A stretch of DNA of 64,000 nt from a virus. This document shows, one piece after another, positions 28,993 through 39,072 of the stretch. The notes beneath the pieces are model-generated. The model was not told the DNA's origin and did no database searches. It saw only the letters and a program-made list of their open reading frames with translations. The DNA is taken from the IMG/VR virus record IMGVR_UViG_3300042294_002813, positions 1-64,000 of that record; one strand, given 5' to 3'. Every line of letters begins with the position of its first letter. Position 1 is the stretch's first letter. A program made the translations under genes and the position numbers.

Positions 28993-30053
28993 TATAATCC
29001 TAGTGTATTGGGAAATTCTATTATCGTTTCCGTAAATCCAAAGTCGCTATTCACATTTGCAGTTGTTGGATCTGGAACAACTGTTGCAATTACCAGTTTG
29101 ATATTTGAAACATACGAACTCGATACATTCCAATTAGCTCCAGATGACGCGCCAGTTATTTCTACATTACTTACAAAAGCACCAAACGAATTTTTCGATC
29201 CATACACATTTTTTATGTATAGCTTTCTATTTGATGTATCATGTTCAATGACTTCAGCTTTTGCATCAGCAAATTCATATGAAGTGCCTTGCCAAATTGT
29301 TTCTCCGGTCTTGAACGAACTAAATCCCCCCGATTGAAGATCTAGAACATATATCGAAGAACCACCAGATGTTCCGCTTGAGAATGTACCATACATATTC
29401 GTATTTGCTTTTTTAATGATCTTGGAATCTGAAATAGGACCAAATAGCATTGCTTTGACCGTAAATGTCAAATCAAATATGACAACACGAGTTGCATCTT
29501 GATCGTGTGGTCCTTCAGAATCAACAGTATATCTAACAGACTTCAATATGATCGGAACATCTTTCTTGATACCCATTGTGCTAACAAGATCTAGAGTCAT
29601 GGTATAGTCGGGATTGAAAATCGGCAAGATTTGTTCTACAATCTGCCAACCATCTTCAATATTACGAACATATATTGAAAGACTAAAATCATAATTATAT
29701 GGAACGCCCATGTACTGTGTTTTTTGAGTTGTATTTGTAGCAGTAGCAAGATTTGTGTTTCGTATCATGCTACTTTGTTTTCTAGAAGGATCATAATCAA
29801 CGCCTGAGATTTCAAAAGACATTCTAGGTAGTGTTACCTGAATGCTTTTTAGCAAATTTGGATCACCTTTTATGCGATTATAGAATTTTTCTTTCTGTGC
29901 ATATACTATGGGAACAAGAACACGCTCAAGTTCCGTTGTTCCTGCCTTATTGTATCGCACAAGTTGAATTTCATTGAATAGTGATCCAAATGCAACAACA
30001 ATCTTTCTGGTTATGCGATGATAGAAATGATTGCCAAATATTCCAGACATCAA
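28992..30053 (-). CDS. gp15: Tail sheath stabiliser / terminator
   Basis: HFYH..RKIVVAFGSLFN, LPRMSFE, QIVEQILPIF; has a C-terminal inserted beta-module. Confidence 0.92.
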   Translation of the reverse strand: MMSGIFGNHFYHRITRKIVVAFGSLFNEIQLVRYNKAGTTELERVLVPIVYAQKEKFYNRIKGDPNLLKSIQVTLPRMSFEISGVDYDPSRKQSSMIRNTNLATATNTTQKTQYMGVPYNYDFSLSIYVRNIEDGWQIVEQILPIFNPDYTMTLDLVSTMGIKKDVPIILKSVRYTVDSEGPHDQDATRVVIFDLTFTVKAMLFGPISDSKIIKKANTNMYGTFSSGTSGGSSIYVLDLQSGGFSSFKTGETIWQGTSYEFADAKAEVIEHDTSNRKLYIKNVYGSKNSFGAFVSNVEITGASSGANWNVSSSYVSNIKLVIATVVPDPTTANVNSDFGFTETIIEFPNTLGL

Positions 30054-30934
30054 GGTTCTCCGAATGGATTAGTTTCGGTAAAATCAATGATGCCATTTGC
30101 ATCAGTTTGTATCTCAAGATTGTTTGTCAATTCGTCAGATACTCCGTCGAAATCTTGTCTATTGAATGTAGTCAATGTAAAGTTTGAATTTGATGTTGAT
30201 CCAATGACATTAGCTCCTGTAGAAAAAGTACCCTTGATATTGATCAATTGTAGCATATTGTTTGATGGGAACCAATTTTTGACTATCGCAGTCGATGTTG
30301 CTGATGCTAGGCTTGAACCCTGATACACGATCTCTTCTCTCTTGTATGCGCCGCTTCCTCCAGCGACCATTGCCATGTTTTGGGTATACGAATATGCGCG
30401 ACCAACATCATCAATTTCCTTGACGCCCGTCGCAAATCTTTCATTTGAAAATTTGTACAATTCCATACTCAATTCATAGTAATAAAATAGTGGAGGACGA
30501 CGACCAAGAGTATAGAAGTTTCTTTCTTCTTCCACATACTTGATTTCATATAAATTGGCTAAAGCTGCAATATAAACAAGATCTCCTTCACGAGGTCTTG
30601 GATATGCTGCAACAGGAACATATTTTTCATATGTGCGACGAGCAACAACTACCCTAATGGAGTCGCGAATTTCTAGACCAAACTTGCTAAAGAATTCACC
30701 AGGACCTTCAAATCCAGCAACTGATTGAATGTACATTTCCATTGAATATGCAGCATTATAAAGCTTTACTGTATCTTCTCCATAAATCAAATCTTCATCG
30801 CTTAAAGATTTTCTTGGTACGTAATATACATCAGCACCATATTGTCTTATGGATTCGATGATAAGATCTTCGGCAAGAAGTTGTTCTTGCGTAACTACAC
30901 CTGGAAAATTATTGAAGTAGTGATTTACTGCCAT
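30050..30934 (-). CDS. gp14: Neck protein
   Basis: ESIRQYGADVYYVPR, FSKFGLEIRD, RPREGDLVY, FTETNPFGEP. Confidence 0.92.
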   Translation of the reverse strand: MAVNHYFNNFPGVVTQEQLLAEDLIIESIRQYGADVYYVPRKSLSDEDLIYGEDTVKLYNAAYSMEMYIQSVAGFEGPGEFFSKFGLEIRDSIRVVVARRTYEKYVPVAAYPRPREGDLVYIAALANLYEIKYVEEERNFYTLGRRPPLFYYYELSMELYKFSNERFATGVKEIDDVGRAYSYTQNMAMVAGGSGAYKREEIVYQGSSLASATSTAIVKNWFPSNNMLQLINIKGTFSTGANVIGSTSNSNFTLTTFNRQDFDGVSDELTNNLEIQTDANGIIDFTETNPFGEP

Positions 30935-30937
30935 CTG

Positions 30938-31717
30938 TTATACTTTTTTCTTTATTTTACCTTTAACCCATTGAGTTCCTGGACAAATAGAACTTCTTTT
31001 ATTTATTATGCCATTATTCCACCAAAAAGAATTCTTGAACATATCAATATTTTTGGGAATACGTCCCTTTAAAGAGGAACTTATTTTTTTACTTATTTGT
31101 TCTTGTAATTCTTTAGAATGTTTCTTACCAAAAAATGGATTATTTTCACCACTCAATCTATCACTCAGTTTTTGCTTTGTTTCTTCTGAAAGCTTTCTAC
31201 CCTTTAAACTCATACTATTAGCTTGACCAATTTTTCTTTTTGTTTCTTCAGTTCTTTTCTTACCCCTATTAGAATTAGCTCTCTTCGTCTTCTCTTCCTC
31301 ACTTTGTACTCTATCTTTATTCTTCTCCCAAATAGCTTCCATTTTTTCGCGAACATCATCGCGAGACATAGCAGCTTTTGTATTTTTTGAAATCTTTTCG
31401 TTTATAGTCAATCGTTTTTCATCATCTAGATTTGTCCAGTGATTAAATTTAGTATTAATTAAATTGTAATATTTGACTCCAAGTTCTTCATCTTTTATAA
31501 GTTGAAGCCACTTATATTCAGTTTCTAGAAGATTATTTTTATCTATATTTCTTTGAATTATACGACGTTTAAAATCTTGTGGTCTTCTTCTATACGCATC
31601 TCTCATTCTATTTGATGAACATATATAACCATCGTTCGGCATACCAAAATGACAACCAAGATAATACATTTTTCTTTTTACATCATACCACAAATATATA
31701 AATCCATTTTTTTCCAT
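30938..31717 (-). mobile_element. Free-standing GIY-YIG (Seg-like) homing endonuclease with NUMOD3 repeats
   Basis: GFIYLW..MYYLG, YICSS, YYNL; repeats of GKKRTEETKRKI, GRKLSEETKQKL and NPFFGKKHS; AT-rich, inserted between gp13 and gp14. Confidence 0.88.
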
Positions 31718-31752
31718 CGCGATCTCCTTAAAAATATCACGATGTATTTATA
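31715..31752 (-). promoter_or_regulatory. Late promoter plus start-codon-sequestering hairpin of the homing endonuclease
   Basis: TATAAATA (31745-31752) followed directly by CATCGTGAT...ATCGCGATG inverted repeat enclosing AAGGAG and ending in the ATG. Confidence 0.75.
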
Positions 31753-31765
31753 CAAACCGAGTGTC

Positions 31766-32725
31766 TCAGCCCAAAATAAATTCCGGTGGAACTTCGTACT
31801 TGCTTTGCATTTCTTGTTCAAGAGCAGATATTTCACTTTCTGCTTCTTCAAAAATTTGTTGTCCATTTAGCTGAACACCACCAGGAAGCTGAATACCACT
31901 AAACTTCTTTAGATTTAGTCCCCATTGACGCTTGATGAGCGCAGTAGCATATCTCTTCAACCAACGATCATTATATACGTCCGTATATGAATTTGGATCA
32001 ATAATCTTATATCCCTCAACGATCAAATACTCACCGGCTTGAATATCTGTGCCCCACTGCAAATCAACATATAATCTATTTTGATGTCTATTGAATCTAA
32101 TTGGTTGTTCACCAGAGAACAACATGTCCAATGTGCGTAGATGTTGCTGTGTCAACACGAAATTGACATATGATGTTGAAGTAAAGTCATATAGTTCATG
32201 CAGTCGCAACTGATAGCGAAGATCAAACATATTTACTGTAGCATTTGTTGATGATAGGGGGAATATTCTTGTAACACCAGTAATTGAATCTGCTGCACCT
32301 ACAACATTTATTGGAACTGTATTTGCACTTGAAGAATATGTCGAATTCATAACCATTGAACCCTTGTCATTAATTGACAAGACGGTTTTTGTTTCTCCAT
32401 TTATAGTCAACTGGGTAACTCCAGCTGCAAATTCGGCAGCAAAATTAGTTCCTGATCCAGTAACCGTAGCATTTCCAGAAACAACTGTAGCCGCTCCAGA
32501 AGCTTGAGTCATATCAATATATTGACGATCAACATCGGTTTGTGTTACTAAATGCTTTAGATAAATCTTTTGAATTGCATCATAATGATAATCTTGATAA
32601 AACTGAAGAGCATCATCAATGCGATCTTCTACTTGATCGTCGTCAACATTTATGTCAATTACTGGAAAACCAAGACGACGCTTGCAATAGTCTATTAGAT
32701 TTTCTCTAGAACTTGGTACAGCCAT
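31766..32725 (-). CDS. gp13: Neck protein
   Basis: YCKRRLGFPVIDINVDDDQVEDRIDDAL, WLKRYATALIKRQWG.NL.KF, LPGGVQLNG; about 70-aa insertion. Confidence 0.93.
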   Translation of the reverse strand: MAVPSSRENLIDYCKRRLGFPVIDINVDDDQVEDRIDDALQFYQDYHYDAIQKIYLKHLVTQTDVDRQYIDMTQASGAATVVSGNATVTGSGTNFAAEFAAGVTQLTINGETKTVLSINDKGSMVMNSTYSSSANTVPINVVGAADSITGVTRIFPLSSTNATVNMFDLRYQLRLHELYDFTSTSYVNFVLTQQHLRTLDMLFSGEQPIRFNRHQNRLYVDLQWGTDIQAGEYLIVEGYKIIDPNSYTDVYNDRWLKRYATALIKRQWGLNLKKFSGIQLPGGVQLNGQQIFEEAESEISALEQEMQSKYEVPPEFILG

Positions 32726-32738
32726 TTTATTTTCCCAA

Positions 32739-32894
32739 TTATTGTTGTTTTATTTGTTGTTCTGCAGTTTTTACTAAAGTATTAATTAAGTTTACAGAAA
32801 CTTCATACGGCATTTTACCCAAAGAAGTTAAAATTAAATTTAATTGATCAATTGTCAATTCAAGAGAAATAATTTTTTGATTGTTTTCCATCAT
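32739..32894 (-). CDS. Small conserved phage protein (51 aa, below ORF-track cutoff)
   Basis: MMENNQKIISLELTIDQLNLILTSLGKMPYEVSVNLINTLVKTAEQQIKQQ; strong SD GGAGG and GATAAATA late-like box upstream. Confidence 0.7.
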   Translation of the reverse strand: MMENNQKIISLELTIDQLNLILTSLGKMPYEVSVNLINTLVKTAEQQIKQQ

Positions 32895-33000
32895 AAACCT
32901 CCATTGTTATACTAATATTTATCATGATACTGGACCATTTCTAGTACCTAAGGCAATATATGTAATATTCGAATTACCGGAAACGGAGTTTCCCTCTCCA

Positions 33001-36000
33001 TTAGGATCTGACATCAGGTATCATTGCACCATACATGTTTGTGCCGTCCGAAACGAATGAGAATATGTCTACTGCATTTGTAGTTGCTGTTAGTGTTGGA
33101 GCAACGTTTGCTGTAAATTTATACTGTCTACCCCATGTTAATGTACTTCCGCCGGATGATGTATTTTGTTGTACACGAAGAATATACGTTCCAACACGAA
33201 TATTTGTTGCATTTGATATTGATCTAGCGCCGCCAAGAGTTACTGTAGCAATTCTTCCTAATGACGCATCCCATGAAATTATTGCACCATCAGTTAATGT
33301 TTGAGAAAGAACATTTGCTTTTGCATCAGTTACAGATCCAACAATATCTAATGTCGCAGCTGGTGATGATGTACCGATGCCAACTTTGCCGCTGCTATCG
33401 ATGTTCAATCTTGGCTGCCAAGTGAGAGCGGCTCCCGCACCACCCGAATTTACGGGTGCGGCTGCAATAGATACTCCATTTGTAGGGCCGCCAAAATTAT
33501 TTCCAATACCCCATGCCATCCCATTTTCGTTATATTTCCATGCACCGTCATAATATGCATTTACCATATATACCATATAGTCAGATTGTAGTGTAGATGA
33601 GCCCGCTACATGAAGACTTGCTTTCGGTGTTGTTGTTCCAATGCCGACGTTCCCGCTGCTGTCGATCCGCATGCGCTCGGAGCCGCCCGCGTTTAACGTC
33701 ATTGAGGCGGGAGACGCACCATCTGTCTGGATGCTGACACCACTTGTGCCAGCGCCATTAAAGATCTGAAGCTGGCTGTTCCCAGACACACGGATATTGC
33801 CGCTTACATCCAGCTTTGTGCCGGGCGACGACGTCCCGATGCCCATGTTCCCGCTGCTGTCGATCCGCATGCGCTCAATGTTGTTAGTACCAAAAACAAG
33901 CGGATATGGATCATATACAAAAACTTCCAAATTGCCGTTTTGCGACTCAATTCGTGATGTGGACGCAATTCTTCGGGCGTACATATGAATGCGTTCACTA
34001 CCTGTAGTATTTGTTAGTCGAAAGGTTTCACCTGTGGTATGTGATATTTCTAATGGAACACTAGGTGCTGATGTTCCAATTCCAACTTGTCCTGCAGAAC
34101 CAATACGCATACGTTCAGTAAGTGATGTTCCAAATACAAGTGTATTTGCTGCAGGCGAATGTATAAACGATAATCCAGTGCCACCCCAATATATTCCAGC
34201 ATTAGCACTGGTTGCAAATGCTATATTAGCGCCAGACATGACAAGATTGCCAGTCATTGTGTTACCAGTTTTTAATACCCCAGCATTAGCTCTAGCAAAA
34301 GCTGCATCTGCAGTTATGTTAGCTGTATTAGCTCTAGCAAATGCTTCAGATGCAATAACATTTGCGGTATTAGCTTTATCATATGCACCAGATGCAATTG
34401 TGTTCGCATCATTGGCTCTAGCAAAGGCAGAATCTGCAGTTATATTAGCTGTGTTAGCTTTATCAAAAGCTGCAACCGCAAACACGTTAGCTATGTTAGC
34501 TTTATCAAACGCTGATGATGCAACTATATTTGCACTATTAGCTTTGTCAAATGCAGCATTAGAAATGGCAGATGTTGCATTGGCCTGTGCAAATGCACCA
34601 TTTGCATGTGTACGTGCTGTGTTAGCTTGATCATAAGCAGCATTGGCTAAGCCAGATGTTATGTTTTGAGCAGCAAATGCTGATGTTGCAAACACATTAG
34701 CTATGTTAGCTTTATCAAATGCTATAGAAAGTGTTGGAACTATATTTACACCTGCTACTGTCGAAGAAATTGCAATTACAACAGTATTGGCAATTAAATT
34801 ACCTTTATAATAATTTGCGTTCACATTTGATAATGCAAATGAAGGATGTGCAATATTAATTATGTCATTTGCTACGATTTCTGGAGTATATCCATTGAAT
34901 ATAAGATATTCTTTACTGGTTGCATCTCTAATAAATCCAGTATGTGCATTTACTCCATCATTATAATGTCCAACAAAACCAATATCTACTAAATCAGAAA
35001 AATAGTTGCTATTTGCCAAAAATATTAAAGAATCATTAATAACTAGTGAAGAAACATTGAAAACTGTAGAATTTCCTATTACAATTAGATTTCCTGAAAT
35101 AGAAACATCGCCTGAAATAGTTCCGCCTGTTGATGGAAATGCTGCGTTAGCTTTATCAAACGCTGATGATGCAACTATATTTGCACTATTAGCTTTATCA
35201 TATGCATTAGAAGCAATTACATTAGCACTATTGGCTTGATCAAACGCTGATGATGCAATTACGTTTGCAATGTTAGCTTTATCGTATGCTGCTGATGCAA
35301 CTATATTTGCACTATTAGCTTTATCATATGCACCTGATGCAATTACGTTTGCTGTGTTAGCTTTATCAAATGCTGCTGATGCAATTACGTTTGCTGTATT
35401 AGCTTGATCGAATGCAAGATTGGCAATAAGATTAGCTGCATTAGCTCTAGCAAAGGCAGAGTCTGCAGTTGTGTTAGCTGTGTTAGCTTTATCAAAAGCT
35501 GCAACCGCAAACACGTTTGCTGTGTTAGCTTTGTCATATGCAAGATTAGCAATTAAGTTGGCAGCATTGGCTTGGGCAAAAGCAGCATCTGCAGTTATAT
35601 TTGCACTATTAGCTTTATCATATGCACCTGATGCAATTACGTTTGCAATGTTAGCTTTATCGTATGCTGCTGATGCAATAACGTTAGAAACATTGGCTTT
35701 ATCAAATGCAACGTTGGCTATAACTAATGTAACATTTTGTGCATCATACGCACTGATAGCTATTACATTGGCAATATTGGCTTTGTCATAAGCATCAGAT
35801 GCAATTACATTAGCAACATTAGCTTTATCATATGCTCCAGATGCTATAACGTTTGCACCATTAGCTTTATCAAATGCACCAGAAGCAATTATATTAGCAC
35901 TATTAGCTTTATCAAATGAAGAATTAGCTATGACTAATGTGACATTTTGTGCATCATATGCACTTGAAGCAATACCATTAGCAGCATTGGCTTTATCATA

Positions 36001-37248
36001 TGCACCAGAAGCAATTATATTAGCACTATTAGCTTTATCATATGCAAGATTGGCAATAAGATTAGCTGCATTAGCTCTAGCAAAGGCAGAGTCTGCAGTT
36101 GTGTTAGCTGTGTTAGCTTTATCATATGCTAGATTGGCAATTAAATTAGCAACATTGGCTCTAGCAAAGGCAGAGTCTGCAGTTGTGTTAGCTGTGTTAG
36201 CTTTATCGTATGCTAGGTTAGCTATGAGATTAATTACGTTAGCTAGAGCGAAAGCATCGTCTGCGGTTATGTTAGCCGTGTTGGCTTTATCATATGCACC
36301 AGATGCAATTGTGTTTGCTATGTTTGCTTTATCAAATGCAGAAGATGCAACAATTGTTGCAAATGCAGCATTGTCAGTTGCAATATTAGCTTGATTATAA
36401 GCTGAAGATGCAATTATTTCAACAGAGTTTCCTTTATCAAACGCAGCAGATGCGACGACGTTAGAACTATTAGCTTGAGCAAAAGCTGCAACTGCAAATA
36501 CGTTTGCTGTATTTGCTTTATCAAACGCAGCAATTGCAAGTTCACCTGATGCAAGATTGGCTTTATCAAATGCTGCAGACGCAATGATGTTAGCAACATT
36601 AGCAAAATTAAATGCTGCAGATGCAACAATGTTAGAACTATTGGCCTTATCAAACGCAGCAGATGCGACGATGTTAGAACTATTAGCTTGAGCAAAAGCT
36701 GCAACTGCAAATACGTTTGCTGTATTTGCTTTATCAAATGCAAGATTTGCAATCAAATTAGCTGCATTAGCTTTAGCAAATGCTGCAACAGCAAATACGT
36801 TTGCCGTATTAGCTCTATCAAATGCAAGATTAGCAATCAGATTTGCCGCATTAGCTTGAGCAAAAGCTGCAACTGCAAATACGTTTGCTGTATTTGCTTT
36901 ATCAAATGCAAGATTTGCAATCAAATTAGCTGCATTAGCTTTAGCAAATGCTGCAACTGAAGTTGTATTAGCGGTATTAGCTTGATTGAATGCAGCTACA
37001 GCAGTTGTGTTAGCTACGTTGGCTTGAGCGAAAGCAAGATTAGCTTGGTCAAATGCAGCAGAACCATTTCCAGTTCCACCACCGCCTCCACTTCCACTTA
37101 TACTAAGAACTGTACCATTTGCTGCTTTATAGAACAGTAGTCCATCGGCATAGTTTAATGCTAATTCTCCAAATTCTAAATTTGCAGCAGTTGGAGTATT
37201 TCCAGTAGTTCCTGAATTTTTTAAAATAATAGTTGTAGTATTTGCCAT
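33001..37248 (-). CDS. Long fibre protein with extended 14-residue coiled-coil repeats
   Basis: N-terminal ILKNSG..GELALNYADG motif; dozens of A(F/Y)DKAN.AN repeats; ERMRIDSSGN.GIGT fibre repeats; C-terminal beta domain. Confidence 0.85.
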   Translation of the reverse strand: MANTTTIILKNSGTTGNTPTAANLEFGELALNYADGLLFYKAANGTVLSISGSGGGGGTGNGSAAFDQANLAFAQANVANTTAVAAFNQANTANTTSVAAFAKANAANLIANLAFDKANTANVFAVAAFAQANAANLIANLAFDRANTANVFAVAAFAKANAANLIANLAFDKANTANVFAVAAFAQANSSNIVASAAFDKANSSNIVASAAFNFANVANIIASAAFDKANLASGELAIAAFDKANTANVFAVAAFAQANSSNVVASAAFDKGNSVEIIASSAYNQANIATDNAAFATIVASSAFDKANIANTIASGAYDKANTANITADDAFALANVINLIANLAYDKANTANTTADSAFARANVANLIANLAYDKANTANTTADSAFARANAANLIANLAYDKANSANIIASGAYDKANAANGIASSAYDAQNVTLVIANSSFDKANSANIIASGAFDKANGANVIASGAYDKANVANVIASDAYDKANIANVIAISAYDAQNVTLVIANVAFDKANVSNVIASAAYDKANIANVIASGAYDKANSANITADAAFAQANAANLIANLAYDKANTANVFAVAAFDKANTANTTADSAFARANAANLIANLAFDQANTANVIASAAFDKANTANVIASGAYDKANSANIVASAAYDKANIANVIASSAFDQANSANVIASNAYDKANSANIVASSAFDKANAAFPSTGGTISGDVSISGNLIVIGNSTVFNVSSLVINDSLIFLANSNYFSDLVDIGFVGHYNDGVNAHTGFIRDATSKEYLIFNGYTPEIVANDIINIAHPSFALSNVNANYYKGNLIANTVVIAISSTVAGVNIVPTLSIAFDKANIANVFATSAFAAQNITSGLANAAYDQANTARTHANGAFAQANATSAISNAAFDKANSANIVASSAFDKANIANVFAVAAFDKANTANITADSAFARANDANTIASGAYDKANTANVIASEAFARANTANITADAAFARANAGVLKTGNTMTGNLVMSGANIAFATSANAGIYWGGTGLSFIHSPAANTLVFGTSLTERMRIGSAGQVGIGTSAPSVPLEISHTTGETFRLTNTTGSERIHMYARRIASTSRIESQNGNLEVFVYDPYPLVFGTNNIERMRIDSSGNMGIGTSSPGTKLDVSGNIRVSGNSQLQIFNGAGTSGVSIQTDGASPASMTLNAGGSERMRIDSSGNVGIGTTTPKASLHVAGSSTLQSDYMVYMVNAYYDGAWKYNENGMAWGIGNNFGGPTNGVSIAAAPVNSGGAGAALTWQPRLNIDSSGKVGIGTSSPAATLDIVGSVTDAKANVLSQTLTDGAIISWDASLGRIATVTLGGARSISNATNIRVGTYILRVQQNTSSGGSTLTWGRQYKFTANVAPTLTATTNAVDIFSFVSDGTNMYGAMIPDVRS
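34285..37060 (-). repeat. Degenerate 42-bp (14-aa) coding tandem repeats
   Basis: Recurrent TTAGCTTTATC(A/G) at 42-bp spacing; near-exact copy of about 107 bp at 36683-36789 and 36851-36957; interrupted by a non-repeat domain at about 34730-35140. Confidence 0.9.
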
Positions 37249-37481
37249 TAGAAAGTACCACCAAATATTACGGGAAGTGCTTTTATTTCATATTTTAAAG
37301 TTTCCGAATTGTAAACAAGAGTACTATTATTGCTTGAATCTATAATCGAAACATCTGTTAGTCCTGCTAGCGTTGTAGTTGCAACGGCACTTGGAGTCAA
37401 GCTTCTTACTTTTTGCTGGTTTTGTGAATTTATGCTAACCGCAGTTGAACTAGGACCTGCAATTCTAACAGCTATTGTCAT
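37248..37481 (-). CDS. Hypothetical virion-associated protein
   Basis: LAGLTDV..LVYNS..IFGGTF pattern common in T4-like fibre accessory proteins; TAATG overlap with the fibre gene. Confidence 0.55.
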   Translation of the reverse strand: MTIAVRIAGPSSTAVSINSQNQQKVRSLTPSAVATTTLAGLTDVSIIDSSNNSTLVYNSETLKYEIKALPVIFGGTF

Positions 37482-37482
37482 T

Positions 37483-37818
37483 TTAAGATACCTTAGGCGT
37501 TACCGTAAGAATACCCTCAATAACTCTAGTTACCACGCTTCCCGGACTAGTAGTTTTTACATCATAAACATATCTTCCGGCCTTGATGTTTGTTGAGACA
37601 CCAGATGACAATGCAATCGTTACATTTCCGTTTGCGGCATCATTTATTGTTGATGTAAAAACGGCAGTATTGTTTACTGAATAATAAGATTTCTTGATAT
37701 TCGCATTGATAGAATATCCGGAAACATTAATAGGCAAGTTTGTTGTGTCGTCTGTTAGGGTTAGAATTGTGCTAAAAGTAGAACCCTGGTCTACTATGAG
37801 TTCTGCATATGATGCCAT
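37483..37818 (-). CDS. Small structural protein (BppU/Ig-like fibre anchor)
   Basis: IVDQGSTF, GRYVYDV, RVIEGILTVTP. Confidence 0.65.
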   Translation of the reverse strand: MASYAELIVDQGSTFSTILTLTDDTTNLPINVSGYSINANIKKSYYSVNNTAVFTSTINDAANGNVTIALSSGVSTNIKAGRYVYDVKTTSPGSVVTRVIEGILTVTPKVS

Positions 37819-37869
37819 TGTCTTACCTTTTTAGCTATTTAGTATAAGTGGCAAATCGCTTTTTTGAAA

Positions 37870-39072
37870 TCAAGTACTATGAAATTTTCTTAAAACGCCT
37901 ATTTTATAATTGTGATAATAACTAATTAGTCCATCATATACTTGCCCATGCGAATAAACAAAAGGTCTTGCTCGCTTGACAACCTGTTTTAAACCCTCTC
38001 TCCATATAAGATTTGCCCTATTATCAACATATCCATCAATAAACCAAGTGTCAAAATCCGTGTGCCAATCAAAAATACCTTTATCAGCTTGAAACCAAGT
38101 CTTATTCCATGTAGTGTACAATATTGGTCGAAGAAGCCTTTCGCTCACAAGTCTAAGAAATCCAGGTACCATATTTCTTGGTGTTTGAAGACTAAAAAAG
38201 TTTCTTAGACCAGGATCAATTTCAATACATTTTTTTATTAAATGGGCTTGCTTGCATAACATATCACATGCATCAGGACTCCAATAAAAATATTCAACCG
38301 TCGTATTTGTATAGTCTTTCATATATTCTCCAACAGGAGATATATTTGTTAATCTATCTGAAAACCTTAAGTAAACAAAGTCATTAGTATCATCAATAAC
38401 AACTTTTGGTTTATCAATCCCCATTACAACTGCAATCTTTTTATCTTTGTCAACTCTTTTTCTAAAGTCTGAAAAATGAATATAATTGTATCTCGTAACA
38501 TCAACAGGATTAAGTTCCTCACGCATTTTCAAAAACCAATTTTCTTCAGAATTGGCAAATGAATCAAACAAATGATCCGTCATATCATAGACACTAATCT
38601 TTGTCTGTGGAGCAATTGCTTGTATTTCTTTTATTCTTGGAATTGCCTGCAGCTTATGTTCCGATGCATGTGCATATTTTGCATCAGTAACATTAGGATC
38701 AATTACAGCAAATTTTTCATTTCCTTTGTCCAAACAATTTACAATAATTTCATCTATATGAAGGTTTTGACGAAGAAAAGACATTACAACATTATGACTA
38801 TCTGCTCCGCCACTATAACTAATTATGATATAGTCATATTTTTCACGAAGTTCTCTTGCTCGTTTATTGTAAAGTTGATCCAATGTCGCTTCGGGTTCTT
38901 GAAGCCAGTTATAATTGGAAAAAATATCTTCGTTGAAATACCATTTGACAAGACTAAGAGGATCTACATTTTCCTTGACATTGTTGGCAATATGCGTTGC
39001 AAAGATACACGCATGAATTTTTGATTCCAACTCTTTTTTACCAACAGTATAATAACCAAGTTTTTTATTCAT
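37870..39072 (-). CDS. PP-loop adenine-nucleotide alpha-hydrolase family protein
   Basis: RARELREKYDYIIISYSGGADSHN, GIDKP, EYFYW, KQAH. Confidence 0.65.
   Translation of the reverse strand: MNKKLGYYTVGKKELESKIHACIFATHIANNVKENVDPLSLVKWYFNEDIFSNYNWLQEPEATLDQLYNKRARELREKYDYIIISYSGGADSHNVVMSFLRQNLHIDEIIVNCLDKGNEKFAVIDPNVTDAKYAHASEHKLQAIPRIKEIQAIAPQTKISVYDMTDHLFDSFANSEENWFLKMREELNPVDVTRYNYIHFSDFRKRVDKDKKIAVVMGIDKPKVVIDDTNDFVYLRFSDRLTNISPVGEYMKDYTNTTVEYFYWSPDACDMLCKQAHLIKKCIEIDPGLRNFFSLQTPRNMVPGFLRLVSERLLRPILYTTWNKTWFQADKGIFDWHTDFDTWFIDGYVDNRANLIWREGLKQVVKRARPFVYSHGQVYDGLISYYHNYKIGVLRKFHST

Noticed and set aside
33035-36960. Long plus-strand ORFs antisense to fibre and other structural genes
   Set aside because: Shadow ORFs from repetitive codon usage; no SD or recognisable motifs. 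The same applies to most short overlapping ORFs in the track
34285-37060. Regular 42-bp repeats as a CRISPR array
   Set aside because: In-frame, degenerate at synonymous positions, no unique spacers, no cas genes; these are coding coiled-coil repeats
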